64,000 nt of DNA from assembly GCA_016705005.1 (NCBI GenBank), contig JADIZB010000001.1, forward strand, positions 156,778-220,777, written 5' to 3'. Positions 9,770-20,077 of this stretch are shown piece after piece (position 1 is the first letter of the stretch; each line of letters opens with the position of its first letter). Below the pieces are notes generated by a model that saw nothing but the letters and a program-made list of their open reading frames with translations, searched no databases and had not been told where the DNA came from. The position numbers and the translations under genes are program-made. The DNA comes from Bacteroidales bacterium. GTDB taxonomy: Bacteria > Bacteroidota > Bacteroidia > Bacteroidales > Lentimicrobiaceae.

Positions 9770-10933
9770 TCAGTGTGGGTTTATACCTGAAATTTCCATG
9801 GCAAGGATCCTTGTTTTCCTGTCCGTTTCAGCGTAAACCAATAGATCCGGCGTTGTAACAAACTCAACTTTTGCCATGCAGGATTCTATCAGAGCAGGGA
9901 TGTCCATAAAACCGATTTTATCCTTCAGAAAGGCATTTACAGCAATTTCATTCGCTGCATTCAGGATACAGGGCATATTACCTCCGGCTTCCAATGCATC
10001 ATAAGCTAACCTCAGGCAACGGAAGTTTCCGGTATCAGGTTTTTCAAAGGTAAGCATGGGGTAATCGTTAAAACTGAACCTGGGAGATCCGGTCTTCAAC
10101 CGCTCAGGATAGGAAAGCGCATACTGAATAGGCAATTTCATATCTGCAAGACCCATCTGGGCTTTAATGGATCCATCCTGAAACTGGACCATGCTGTGAA
10201 TGACCGATTGAGGGTGAATGACAACATCAATCTGGTCAGCCGAAAGGTTGAAAAGCCACCTGGCCTCGATCACCTCTAGCCCTTTATTCATCAGTGTTGC
10301 AGAATCAATGGTTACCTTGCAGCCCATGTTCCAGTTGGGATGTTTCAGTGCCTCTGCCTTTGTGGCATTCTGCAGAAATTCCCTGTCTTTACCCCTGAAA
10401 GGCCCTCCTGAGGCTGTCAGATATATTTTTTCAACCGGATTATGAAACTCCCCGGCAAGGCACTGAAAAATGGCCGAATGTTCCGAATCCACTGGAAAGA
10501 GATTTACCCCCTTCTGCGAGGCCAGGGCAGTCACCAGCTCACCGCCAACAACAAAGGCTTCCTTATTGGCAATGGCAATCTGACGGCCGGCAGCAATGGC
10601 ACTCAGGGTAGGCTTCAATCCGGCATATCCTACCAGTGCGATGAGCACCATATCGATTGTCTCCATTTCAAGAATCTGGCACAGGGCAGCTTCACCGGCA
10701 TAAACTTTAATATCATAGGGCTCAAGGGCCAGCCTCACTTTATCATAGAGGTGCTCTGACCCGATTACGACGGCATTGGGCCTGAATTCGATGGATTGTG
10801 TTATGAGCAAACCCGCATTGCTGTTCGCCGACAGTACTTCCACTTCAAAATAATCGGGTTGCTGCCTGATGACTTCAAGGGCCTGGGTTCCTATAGAGCC
10901 TGTAGAACCGAGTATAGCGATGCGTTTTTTCAA
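9770..10933 (-). CDS. dxr: 1-deoxy-D-xylulose-5-phosphate reductoisomerase
   Basis: LGSTGSIGTQAL, ANKE, PVDSEHSAIFQ, TASGGPF, HPNWNMGCKVTIDSATLMNKGLE. Confidence 0.98.
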   Translation of the reverse strand: MKKRIAILGSTGSIGTQALEVIRQQPDYFEVEVLSANSNAGLLITQSIEFRPNAVVIGSEHLYDKVRLALEPYDIKVYAGEAALCQILEMETIDMVLIALVGYAGLKPTLSAIAAGRQIAIANKEAFVVGGELVTALASQKGVNLFPVDSEHSAIFQCLAGEFHNPVEKIYLTASGGPFRGKDREFLQNATKAEALKHPNWNMGCKVTIDSATLMNKGLEVIEARWLFNLSADQIDVVIHPQSVIHSMVQFQDGSIKAQMGLADMKLPIQYALSYPERLKTGSPRFSFNDYPMLTFEKPDTGNFRCLRLAYDALEAGGNMPCILNAANEIAVNAFLKDKIGFMDIPALIESCMAKVEFVTTPDLLVYAETDRKTRILAMEISGINPH

Positions 10934-10950
10934 ATGGCCGTCTGGTTATA

Positions 10951-11862
10951 TCAGAAAACAAGATACTGTTCAGGGTTCACGGCTTTCCCGTTGATCCACA
11001 ATTCAAAATGAAGGTGCGGGCCGGTTGAATATTCACCCGATGTCCCTACGATTGTAATGGTTTCTCCGGCCCTGACAAAAGAGCCCTGTTTTCTAAGCAG
11101 GACCGAATTATGCTTATAGACACTGATTACATTGCCGGTATGCTGAATCGCCATGACATACCCGGTTTCAGCGGTCCATTCGGCAAAGATCACGGTACCA
11201 TCATAGGCGGCCTTGACTGCTTCATTCTTGGCTGAAGCAATATCAATCCCAAAATGTTGCTGGGAGGGATTAAACCTGTTGGTAACCACACCCTTGAGAG
11301 GTGTAAAAAATCTTAGTTGATCAAGTGTAACATCCTTTCCGGAAGCAGCCTTCTCTCCGACTTTAAGGCTAAACTGGGTCTGTGCCTCATAATCGGCTCT
11401 CAGTAATGAATCTTCTTTACTCTTTTTATTACTGATTCCTGCGTATTTAGCTCTCACCGACGAATCAGGTTTGGGAGATGCAGATGCCGTCGCCTCAATA
11501 TCTTCACCCGAAAGGACCTTTTTCATGTTTGAGATATAAAGATCCTTGCTTCTGACAGCAGCTTCGATGGAATCAGCTTTAAGCTGCAGTTCGTACAAAT
11601 CTTTCTGGATACTGGTATCCTTATATCCCGGTATGTATTCGCGCAAAGGGGTGAATGCGATCAGGTAAGTTGTCAGAAACACCAGGATGATGGCCAGCAT
11701 GCCGGTAACAATAAACACATTGAGCCTCGACAAGCGGAACGACAACTTCTCCTCGAAGGTGTCCTCATTCAGAATGATCAGCCGGTACTTATCCCTGAGT
11801 TTATGATACCAGTGCACTCTTTTTTCTGCCGCAGGGTCGGATCCTGCTTTCCGGAATGCCAT
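10951..11862 (-). CDS. M23 family metallopeptidase
   Basis: N-terminal TM and coiled coil; HFGIDI (HxxxD), YKHN, STGPHLHFELW. Confidence 0.9.
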   Translation of the reverse strand: MAFRKAGSDPAAEKRVHWYHKLRDKYRLIILNEDTFEEKLSFRLSRLNVFIVTGMLAIILVFLTTYLIAFTPLREYIPGYKDTSIQKDLYELQLKADSIEAAVRSKDLYISNMKKVLSGEDIEATASASPKPDSSVRAKYAGISNKKSKEDSLLRADYEAQTQFSLKVGEKAASGKDVTLDQLRFFTPLKGVVTNRFNPSQQHFGIDIASAKNEAVKAAYDGTVIFAEWTAETGYVMAIQHTGNVISVYKHNSVLLRKQGSFVRAGETITIVGTSGEYSTGPHLHFELWINGKAVNPEQYLVF

Positions 11863-12115
11863 TTTTAAAATTTCATCATTTTATTCACCCTGCAAATATC
11901 GGAAAAAAAGCGCATAAGCCGGATTATAAGATTCAATCTGCATAGCCCGACCAACTTCATGTAAATAATAAGGTTACTTACATGTGATGATTGAACTCCG
12001 GCTAAGTCATGATGTCGTATTAATAAACCCCCGTTAAAGAAGAAAAATTGCGATTGGTTGAAGATATATAGTACATATATTTACTTATAGTCAGGTCCGA
12101 TTCAAAAAAATAAAA

Positions 12116-12123
12116 TATTTTTG
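12116..12123 (+). promoter_or_regulatory. -7 promoter box for sprE
   Basis: tatttttg 43 bp above the start codon. Confidence 0.5.
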
Positions 12124-12165
12124 CAAATTATCAGTTATTTAGTGGAACTGTAAACCGGCATATCC

Positions 12166-14847
12166 TTGACTACAAAATTTATAAAATACCGTTCATTACT
12201 CTTATGCGGTTTGGCAGTGCTACTGATTACTGCAGCCTGTTCAACCAAAAAGAATACATTTACCCGCCGGGCATATCATAATGTTACCGCCCATTACAAT
12301 GCTTACTGGAACGGTAACGAAAGCCTGAAGGAAGGGATTGCCGAACTCAGGAAGAGCGCCCGCGAGAATTATACATCCATATTACCTGTATACAATTACG
12401 GCACCCAGAGCAATGCCCAGGCCATCAACCCCAATATGGACAGGGCTATTGAGAAAGCCTCCAAGGTGATTCAGAAACATTCGATGTATTTTGATAAAAA
12501 AGAATACGTCCGATGGGTCATGCACAGTTACATGCTGATCGGAAAAGCCAATTTTTACAAGCAGGATTATAATTCAGCCAAGCGTGCTTTTGAATATGTG
12601 AGCAAACAGTACAGTGAAAGTCCGGTAAGGTACGAAGCCCTGCTCTGGATGGGACGTTGTTACAAGCAGCTGAAACAATATGATAAAGCCATTTCGATGT
12701 ATGAACTGATTCATTCCGAAAAGGCTGAGTTACAGCAGCCCTGGATCGTCAGAAAAGACCTTCCGCTGGCATGGGCTGATATGTACATAGCGCAGGCTAA
12801 ATACAAAGAGGCAAAGGAATCACTGGTTAAAGCAATCCCTTTGAATTCAAACGGTAAATTACGTACCCGTATATATTTTATTCTTGGTCAGATTAACCAG
12901 CTTGAGAAAAGGGATGTACAGGCCGGTGAATATTATACCAAAGTTATCAAAGGCTCTGCGTCGTTCGAAATGGCTTTTAATGCCAGAATTAATCTTGCCA
13001 GGGTGTACAATGCCAACAGCAGCGACAAACGGCTGATCGTCAAGGAACTTGAGAAAATGCTGAAAGATGCTAAAAACAAAGACTTCCAGGATCAGATCTT
13101 CTATGCACTTGCCGATATCGCTTTCAAGGATAAGAATGATACCCTGGGTGTCAAATACCTTCGCAAATCGGTTGCCAGCAGCGTAAACAACGATTATCAG
13201 AAATCTATTTCTTCTTTAAGGCTTGCTGACATTTATTTTAAGCGTCCGGATTACGGGCAGGCACAGGCATATTATGACAGTACCATCATGTTCCTGCCAA
13301 AAGATTTCCCTGATTATGAAAAAATCTCAACTACAACCGACATCCTGACCCGGCTTGTCGGTTTCCTTCAGACGGTGCATGTTCAGGACAGCCTTCAGAA
13401 TCTTGCTACAATGCCGGAGAGTGAACGCAACAAGGTGATCGACAAAGCCATTGCCGAATATATCAGGAAAGAAGAAGAAGCAAAAAAAAGAGAAGAAGAA
13501 CAACGACTGGCTGATATGGCAGGTGTTGGACTTGCGGGCCGACAGATCGTGGATCAGGATAAAGGTATGTCAACCATTGGTGGTGGTGGCTGGTATTTTT
13601 ACAATCCTTCAGCCATCAGCATGGGATTTTCTGAATTCATCCGCAAATGGGGCAGAAGAAGGCTTGAAGACAACTGGAGGCTCAGCAATAAGCGGGAGGT
13701 CGCCATGGATCTGACCTCTGACCCGGCAGCAGAAGGTAATGTTGCCGATTCCACTTCCGGAACGGGTGGTAAGGGTGGCAAAGGCGGTCCTGACCTGAAA
13801 AGCCGTGACACCTACCTGAAAGATCTGCCGTCAACTCCTGAAAAGCTTGAATCAAGCAACCTGCTTATTGCCGATGGGTTGTTCAATGCAGGTATGATTT
13901 TCCTGGAGGAACTTTATGACAAGCCCAAAGCCATCGAAACTTTTGAAACCCTGCTTACCAGATTTCCGCAGGATACCAATGTTTTACAGGCCGGCTACCA
14001 TCTCTACAGGGCTTACCGCGACCAGGGGGATTCCCTGAAAATGGAATTTTATAAAAATAAAATTATTGCAGGATTTCCGGAGAGCGACTACGCCAAAATC
14101 CTGAAAGACCCCAACTATAAGCTCGAACTGGAAGCAACCATGAATAGGGTAAGGACCCTTTACGAGGAAACCTACCTTGCCTTTGAACGTGGGCAGTACC
14201 GCACCGCCATCATTTATAGCAATGATGCGCTTTCCAATTACAGTGACCCGGTTTTGACCCCGAAATTTGCCTATCTCAAAGCTGTTTCGCGGGGAAAAAC
14301 AGAAAGTGCTGACACCATGAAAGTTGAACTCACGAAGCTGATCGCAGCGTATCCGACAAGTGAAGTGGTCCCGTTTGCCAGAAAGCTGCTCGGCCAGGAA
14401 GCACCCAAACCTGCCGCACCGGGCGATGCCGTAAAAGATACCCTACCGGCAACAGCAAAACCGCTGGATATCACCATGTATAAATTCAATCCGGCAGCCA
14501 CGCATTTCTATGCCATTGTTGTTGACGGAACTGCGGTGAATGTTTATGGGGCCAAAGTTCGTATCACCGATTTCAATACCAAAAACTACAGCGTTGAAAA
14601 CCTGCAGGTGAACAGTGTGCTGCTGGACAACAACCGACAGATGATCACGGTCAGCAGTTTCGCTGAAATTGAAAAAGCCAGACGTTACTTTGACGGAATT
14701 AAGCAGGATACCTATGTATTTTCCGGAATGCGGGAAGGAACTTATGATCAGTTTATCATCTCTTCGGAGAATTACCCTGTATTTTTCAAAGAAAAAAACA
14801 CGCTGGCATACCTGAAATTCTTCACTGAGAATTATTTAAAAGAATAA
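12166..14847 (+). CDS. sprE: T9SS periplasmic TPR lipoprotein SprE/PorW
   Basis: 893 aa, TTG start; lipobox ITAAC-STKKNTFTRRAYHNVTAHYNAYWNG; TPR repeats; WYFYNP...FIRKWGRRRLEDNWRLSNK. Confidence 0.88.
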   Translation: MTTKFIKYRSLLLCGLAVLLITAACSTKKNTFTRRAYHNVTAHYNAYWNGNESLKEGIAELRKSARENYTSILPVYNYGTQSNAQAINPNMDRAIEKASKVIQKHSMYFDKKEYVRWVMHSYMLIGKANFYKQDYNSAKRAFEYVSKQYSESPVRYEALLWMGRCYKQLKQYDKAISMYELIHSEKAELQQPWIVRKDLPLAWADMYIAQAKYKEAKESLVKAIPLNSNGKLRTRIYFILGQINQLEKRDVQAGEYYTKVIKGSASFEMAFNARINLARVYNANSSDKRLIVKELEKMLKDAKNKDFQDQIFYALADIAFKDKNDTLGVKYLRKSVASSVNNDYQKSISSLRLADIYFKRPDYGQAQAYYDSTIMFLPKDFPDYEKISTTTDILTRLVGFLQTVHVQDSLQNLATMPESERNKVIDKAIAEYIRKEEEAKKREEEQRLADMAGVGLAGRQIVDQDKGMSTIGGGGWYFYNPSAISMGFSEFIRKWGRRRLEDNWRLSNKREVAMDLTSDPAAEGNVADSTSGTGGKGGKGGPDLKSRDTYLKDLPSTPEKLESSNLLIADGLFNAGMIFLEELYDKPKAIETFETLLTRFPQDTNVLQAGYHLYRAYRDQGDSLKMEFYKNKIIAGFPESDYAKILKDPNYKLELEATMNRVRTLYEETYLAFERGQYRTAIIYSNDALSNYSDPVLTPKFAYLKAVSRGKTESADTMKVELTKLIAAYPTSEVVPFARKLLGQEAPKPAAPGDAVKDTLPATAKPLDITMYKFNPAATHFYAIVVDGTAVNVYGAKVRITDFNTKNYSVENLQVNSVLLDNNRQMITVSSFAEIEKARRYFDGIKQDTYVFSGMREGTYDQFIISSENYPVFFKEKNTLAYLKFFTENYLKE

Positions 14848-14952
14848 GGAAGATCTTCCCCGTGAGGTCATCCGATTCATAACTTCGCAGGGTGACCAAA
14901 AATAACGGCTCCGGCTTCCTGATTGTAAATCATACTTTTTTAGTAACAAAAA

Positions 14953-15354
14953 ATGTCAGTTATGGCAAAAAATACTATTCCAGAAACTCCCTCATCGGCC
15001 AACCTGATCCAGTCGGGTACATTCATCACCGGAGACATTCAGTCGAATGGCAACATACGGATCGATGGCACTTTGAACGGGACGGTATATGCAGGCGGCA
15101 AAGTGATCCTGGGATCGACCGGAACGGTTGACGGAGAGATCAAATGCATCAATGCTGACATCGAAGGTAAAGTAACCGGCACCATCCAGGTAAAGGAACT
15201 GCTTTCGTTCAAAGCTACCGCTGTTGTGAACGGGGAAATATACACCGGAAAACTTGCCATTGAGCCAGGTGCGAGGTTTACAGGCACCTGCAGGATGGAC
15301 AACCTGAACAATACCGAGATACCGGTATCTTATGCCGAACAGCAAAGCGAATAA
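14953..15354 (+). CDS. Bactofilin (polymer-forming cytoskeletal protein)
   Basis: NLIQSGTFITGDIQSNGNIRIDG...VNGEIYTGKLAIEPGARFTGTCRM. Confidence 0.92.
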   Translation: MSVMAKNTIPETPSSANLIQSGTFITGDIQSNGNIRIDGTLNGTVYAGGKVILGSTGTVDGEIKCINADIEGKVTGTIQVKELLSFKATAVVNGEIYTGKLAIEPGARFTGTCRMDNLNNTEIPVSYAEQQSE

Positions 15355-15372
15355 ACCTGAACGTAACCCCCC

Positions 15373-15570
15373 ATGGCTTCCTATGCCAGATACTCAGCTA
15401 TGGCAATTCAGATGGGTATTCTGATCGCTGCAGGGGCGCTGGGAGGATATTTTCTTGATGGCTTGCTCAAAATCAGATTCCCGGTTTTTACTGTTTTATT
15501 ATCCCTTACAGCAGTTGCCGGGGCCATTTGGTTGCTGATCAAAGAATTAAGTAATAATAATAAGGAATGA
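15373..15570 (+). CDS. AtpZ/AtpI family (ATPase gene 1) small membrane protein
   Basis: YARYSAMAIQMGILI..GGYFLDG...PVFTVLLSL; two TMs. True start may be 15332 if one C is missing from the C6 run. Confidence 0.8.
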   Translation: MASYARYSAMAIQMGILIAAGALGGYFLDGLLKIRFPVFTVLLSLTAVAGAIWLLIKELSNNNKE

Positions 15571-15947
15571 ATCAACGACTCAGTGTTTTCACAAAACAGT
15601 TGCTGATACTGGCAACTTTAACAGGATTGTTTATCACAGGGGCTATATTTTTGATTCCACCAGATTATATAAGCCCAACCCTGCCCTTTCTCCTGGTTTT
15701 CTTTACTGCATCAACATTACTATCCTTTTACTTCCTTGAGAAAAAGTTAAAAGCATCTGCCAGCAGATTTGTAACAGCGTTTATGGCAAATTCAATGATA
15801 AGACTTATGCTTTATCTTGCAGTGATCGTGGTCTATGCACTGGCAAACAGGCCTGATTCGGTTAATTTTATCATCAGCTTTTTTATCCTTTACCTTATTT
15901 TTACTGCTTTTGAGGTTTCGTTCTTCCTACGGAAAAAAGTAGAATAG
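15567..15947 (+). CDS. 4-TM membrane protein, ATP synthase I-like/DUF6168-like
   Basis: 126 aa, very hydrophobic; ATGA overlap with the previous gene; FVTAFMANSMIRLMLYL. Confidence 0.7.
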   Translation: MNQRLSVFTKQLLILATLTGLFITGAIFLIPPDYISPTLPFLLVFFTASTLLSFYFLEKKLKASASRFVTAFMANSMIRLMLYLAVIVVYALANRPDSVNFIISFFILYLIFTAFEVSFFLRKKVE

Positions 15948-16127
15948 CCTATTGATGTTTTTGATTTAAATCGCTTGATGCTCACCCGGGCCATTCATGC
16001 TTTTCACGCTGACCTATCTGAACCAGTTTCCCGGTAAACAAATTCATAAATTTTCTGTTTAATAATTTATATGAAATATTAAACAAATAAAAACCTGTGA
16101 ACGGGCAACGATCTCAGGAATTAAGGT

Positions 16128-16135
16128 TAACTTTG
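16128..16135 (+). promoter_or_regulatory. -7 promoter box for PTPS-folE
   Basis: taactttg 19 bp above ATG 16154. Confidence 0.55.
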
Positions 16136-16153
16136 GTTTACATTTTCAACACC

Positions 16154-16567
16154 ATGATCTATATTACCCGTAAAGAGCATTTCAATGCCGCCCACAGGCT
16201 CTTCAGGTCTGATTACAGCGATGAGAAAAATCTTGAGATTTTCGGAAAATGTTCAAATCCGAACTGGCATGGCCACAATTATGAGTTGTTTGTCACAGTT
16301 AAAGGCGAGGTGGATCCGGAAACCGGTTTTCTGATCAACCTGAAAGAACTGAGCAGAATTATCAATGAATTTGTGCTCGTCAAGCTTGATCACAGGAATG
16401 TAAACCTGGAAGTAGACTTTATGTCGGGTAAGCTGGCTTCTGCCGAAAACCTGGCCACAGGCATCTGGGAGGAACTTGAAAAACCTGTAACAGAGGCCGG
16501 AGCGCAGCTCCACAGTGTTAAACTGTTTGAAACCGAACGGAACTTTGTTGAATACTTTGGGGACTGA
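16154..16567 (+). CDS. 6-pyruvoyl/6-carboxy-tetrahydropterin synthase (COG0720, QueD/PTPS family)
   Basis: Start trimmed to ATG 16154; HFNAAHRL, GKCSNPNWHGHNY, LDHRNVN, SAENLA, ETERNFVEY. Confidence 0.92.
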   Translation: MIYITRKEHFNAAHRLFRSDYSDEKNLEIFGKCSNPNWHGHNYELFVTVKGEVDPETGFLINLKELSRIINEFVLVKLDHRNVNLEVDFMSGKLASAENLATGIWEELEKPVTEAGAQLHSVKLFETERNFVEYFGD

Positions 16568-16588
16568 TTAACCTCTAAAACTTAAGTT

Positions 16589-17248
16589 ATGAGCAGTGAA
16601 ATAGTAAAAGATATGATCATCGAGAATATGATGGATGATTACGAAATAAAGGATGGGTACCAGAAAAGGGATTTATACAATGCCAAAACCATTAAAAAAC
16701 TGGCGTCCCATTATCATGAAATCCTGAAACTGATTGGTGAAGACCCGGGCCGTGAAGGCCTTGAAAAGACACCTGAGCGTGTTGCCAAAGCCATGCAGTT
16801 CCTCACACACGGATATGACCTGAAGCCTGAAGATATTCTGAAATCAGCTATGTTTAAAGAAGATTACCGTCAGATGGTACTGGTTAAAGACATTGAAGTG
16901 TATTCGATGTGTGAACACCATATGATTCCCTTTTTCGGCAGGGCACATGTGGCTTATATCCCTAACGGACACATTGTGGGACTGAGTAAGATCCCCCGCA
17001 TTGTTGATGCTTTCGCAAGACGCCTTCAGGTTCAGGAACGGTTGACAACCCAGATAAAGGAATGTATTCAGGATACCCTGAAGCCTTTGGGGGTTGCAGT
17101 GGTTATTGAAGCCCAGCACATGTGCATGAGCATGCGCGGTATCCAGAAACAGAATTCCGTGACCACTACCTCCGATTTTACCGGTGCATTTTTGGTGGAT
17201 AAAACCAGGGCTGAGTTTATCCACCTGATCGGATCCAGACTACATTAA
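16589..17248 (+). CDS. folE: GTP cyclohydrolase I
   Basis: [56 protein letters not shown]. Confidence 0.98.
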   Translation: MSSEIVKDMIIENMMDDYEIKDGYQKRDLYNAKTIKKLASHYHEILKLIGEDPGREGLEKTPERVAKAMQFLTHGYDLKPEDILKSAMFKEDYRQMVLVKDIEVYSMCEHHMIPFFGRAHVAYIPNGHIVGLSKIPRIVDAFARRLQVQERLTTQIKECIQDTLKPLGVAVVIEAQHMCMSMRGIQKQNSVTTTSDFTGAFLVDKTRAEFIHLIGSRLH

Positions 17249-17325
17249 CGAAATATACAGTTTCCGAAGGCAGCATTTCACTCAATTCAGTGGGATGTTG
17301 CCTTTCTATTTACGCTTTAATCATG

Positions 17326-17333
17326 TACATTTG
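17326..17333 (+). promoter_or_regulatory. -7 promoter box for the M14 peptidase cluster
   Basis: tacatttg 55 bp above ATG 17388. Confidence 0.5.
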
Positions 17334-17387
17334 TGTTTCAGACTGACTACCATTTCACTCTCAGAACGGTCTGTTAAAAGACAACCC

Positions 17388-18883
17388 ATGACACCCAGGC
17401 AAATTCTCCTGCTTATTCCGGCGATGTTCTTTTCTGCTGTTGTTTTTCCACAGGAAATACTCACGCCTGCTGAAAAACTGAACTTTGAACAGGTTTCTTC
17501 CTACACTGATCTTTCGGCTTATATCAGACAGATCGATGCGCAATCCGATCTGGTAAGCATTGAGAAAACCGGCTCATCCGTTAAAGGCCGGGAAATCAAT
17601 GCGCTTCTTTTCTCGACCTCGGGTTTCGGCAGGGATGCCGGGAAAATCAGGGTGCTGATTTTTGCTCAGCAGCACGGCAACGAACAGAGCGGAAAGGAAG
17701 GTGCACTCCTGCTTGCCCGTGAGCTGATCAGCCTGAAAACCGTTACCTTTTCGACAGGATTGACTTTGCCCTTATTCCGCAAATAAACCCCGACGGTTCC
17801 GAGGTTAACAAACGACGCAATGCAAATGATGCCGACCTCAACCGGAATCACCTGATTCTGACAGAACCTGAAACCATGGCTTTACACAATTTCTTCGACA
17901 AGTACCGGTTTGAAGTTACTATGGATGTGCATGAGTATTCACCCTTACGGAGATGACTGGGTTACGGCCGGCTTCCGTAAAAATTCAGAAGTTACACTGG
18001 GCACCACAACCAATCTTAACGTGCCGGAGAAGATCAGGATGTTTTCACAGAACAAAGCACTTCCATTTCTTTTTCAACTTTTTAGGGAACAGAAATTTCT
18101 CCTGTTTTACCTATTGCCCCAGGAGATCCTCCGGGCAACGGATATATCCGGCACAGCACATTTGATATCAATGACGGGAGGCAGAGTTTCGGAATTCAGA
18201 GCACCTTGTCCTTTATCCAGGAAGGAATGAACGGGAAGGACGATTACACGGATAATCTCAAAAAACGGGCACAGGGACAGATGACCGGGATGCGCGGCCT
18301 GCTTGAATTTGTTTTTCTAAACAAGAAGGAAGTCATTAAAATAACCGGCAGGGAAAGGCAACTACTGATGAGTGGGAAAGCTAACCTGGTTATTTCCGTT
18401 CAATCGGAGCACATCGGTAACGGCCAGGTTTTAAACCTGCCTGTTTATTCCTATAAAACCGGAATGGATTCGATGGTAAAGGCAACAGATTACCGTCCGG
18501 TAGTCAGTTCGCTGAAGGATGTTGTAAGACCCGCGGGCTACCTTGTTCCCGTTAAGTTGTACGAAATTATGGAATGGGCAGGCCGTCATAATTTTGAAAT
18601 GCGTGAATATTTGCCAGGCCGGGCAGATGTTATACAGGAATATACCATCCTGAAAACCGATTCCATCGACTTTGAAGGTGATATTGTTCTCAATCCCTTT
18701 GTTGAAATCAGGGAGTACCCGGCAGTTCAGCTTGCCGGTAAATATGTATTCATACCCACAGCCCAGATAAAAGGAACCCTAATTGTTCTGGGACTTGAGC
18801 CGGCTTCCATGCTCGGCCTGGTGACCTATAAGAGATACCGGCACCTTCTGAAAATCGGGAAGTATACCCTATCCTCAGAATAA
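17388..18883 (+). pseudogene. M14 family zinc carboxypeptidase/deacylase with signal peptide; frameshifted in this sequence, probably a consensus error
   Basis: Motifs found across three frames: QQHGNEQSG (HxxE), INPDG...RRNANDADLNRNH, MDVHEY, SFIQEG; ends at TAA 18883. Confidence 0.8.
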
Positions 18884-18941
18884 AATAAACCACTCCGGTA
18901 CATTGCCGGTCAGAAGAATGAACACGATAAAAAACAACACT

Positions 18942-20055
18942 ATGAAGATCGAAAGTATTGAACTACGTCACATCAAAATGGAACTGGTCAGCCCCTTTGT
19001 CACCTCTATGGGGACTGAATATGATGAAGAACACATCATTGTCAGGGTTGAAGGTGATGGTGTTACCGGCTGGGGTGAGAGTGTGGCCGAGGGAACCCCA
19101 TTTTATTCTTATGAAACTGTTCAGACAGCCTGGCATATCCTGAAAGATTTTCTGATTCCGGCCATACTCGGTAAAGATCTGAAAGATGTGGCGGAATCGA
19201 ATGCGCTCAATGCCAAAGTGCGTGGTCATATGATGGCCAAAGCCGGGCTGGAAGCTGCTCTGTGGGATGCTTTGCCAAATCGCAGAACATATCCCTTTCA
19301 AAAAATGCTGGGTGGCACGCGAAAAAAGTCGATGTCGGTGTCAGCATCGGCATACAATCGTCGGTACCCGGAATTGATCCATAAGGTGGAAGGTTACCTG
19401 GCCGAAGGCTATAAAAGGATCAAGATCAAAATCTCCCCGGGTCTTGACATCCAGTTTGTGGAAGCCTTGACGAAAGAATTCCCCGGTCTCCTGTTGCAGG
19501 TAGATGCCAACTCCGCCTACACCCTCGACGACATCGGACTGTTCAGGAAAATGGATGATTACGGACTGTCACTTATCGAGCAACCACTTGGTTATGAAGA
19601 TATTTTCGACCATTCGAAGCTGCAGCGTGAGCTTAAAACGCCCATCTGTCTTGACGAAAGCATCCACTCACTGGATGATACCCGTGCTGCTATTGAACTT
19701 GAAAGCTGCCGAATCATCAATATCAAGCCGGGAGAGTTGGGGGCTTCACCGAATCGAAACTGATTCACGACTACTGTGCCTCAATGAAGATACCGGTATG
19801 GCACGGGGGTATGCTGGAATCAGGAATCGGCCGTGCCGGAAATGTTGCACTTGCATCATTGCACAACTTTACGCTTCCGGGTGATATATCAGCCAGCAAG
19901 CGATATTATAAGGAGGATATTGTAGAACCTGAATTTGTGGTCAATCCTGACGGAACCATGGATGTTCCTGTGAAGCCGGGCATCGGGGTTGAAGTAAATA
20001 TGAGAATGCTGGATAAGGTAACTGTCAGAAAGAAATTTTCAAAGTCAACAAGTAA
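18942..20055 (+). pseudogene. menC: o-succinylbenzoate synthase / N-succinylamino acid racemase (enolase superfamily); frameshifted
   Basis: KRIKIKI (KxK), VDANSAY, IEQPL, CLDESI, INIKPG, then a shifted frame with VWHGGMLESGIGRA and PGDISASKRYY; compensating indels near 19270-19375. Confidence 0.85.
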
Positions 20056-20077
20056 ACTTCAACATTTTCAGATTTCA

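Noticed and set aside
11958-11984. catgtaaataa/ttacttacatg inverted repeat between M23 and sprE
   Set aside because: One mismatch in AT-rich DNA, and no second copy seen
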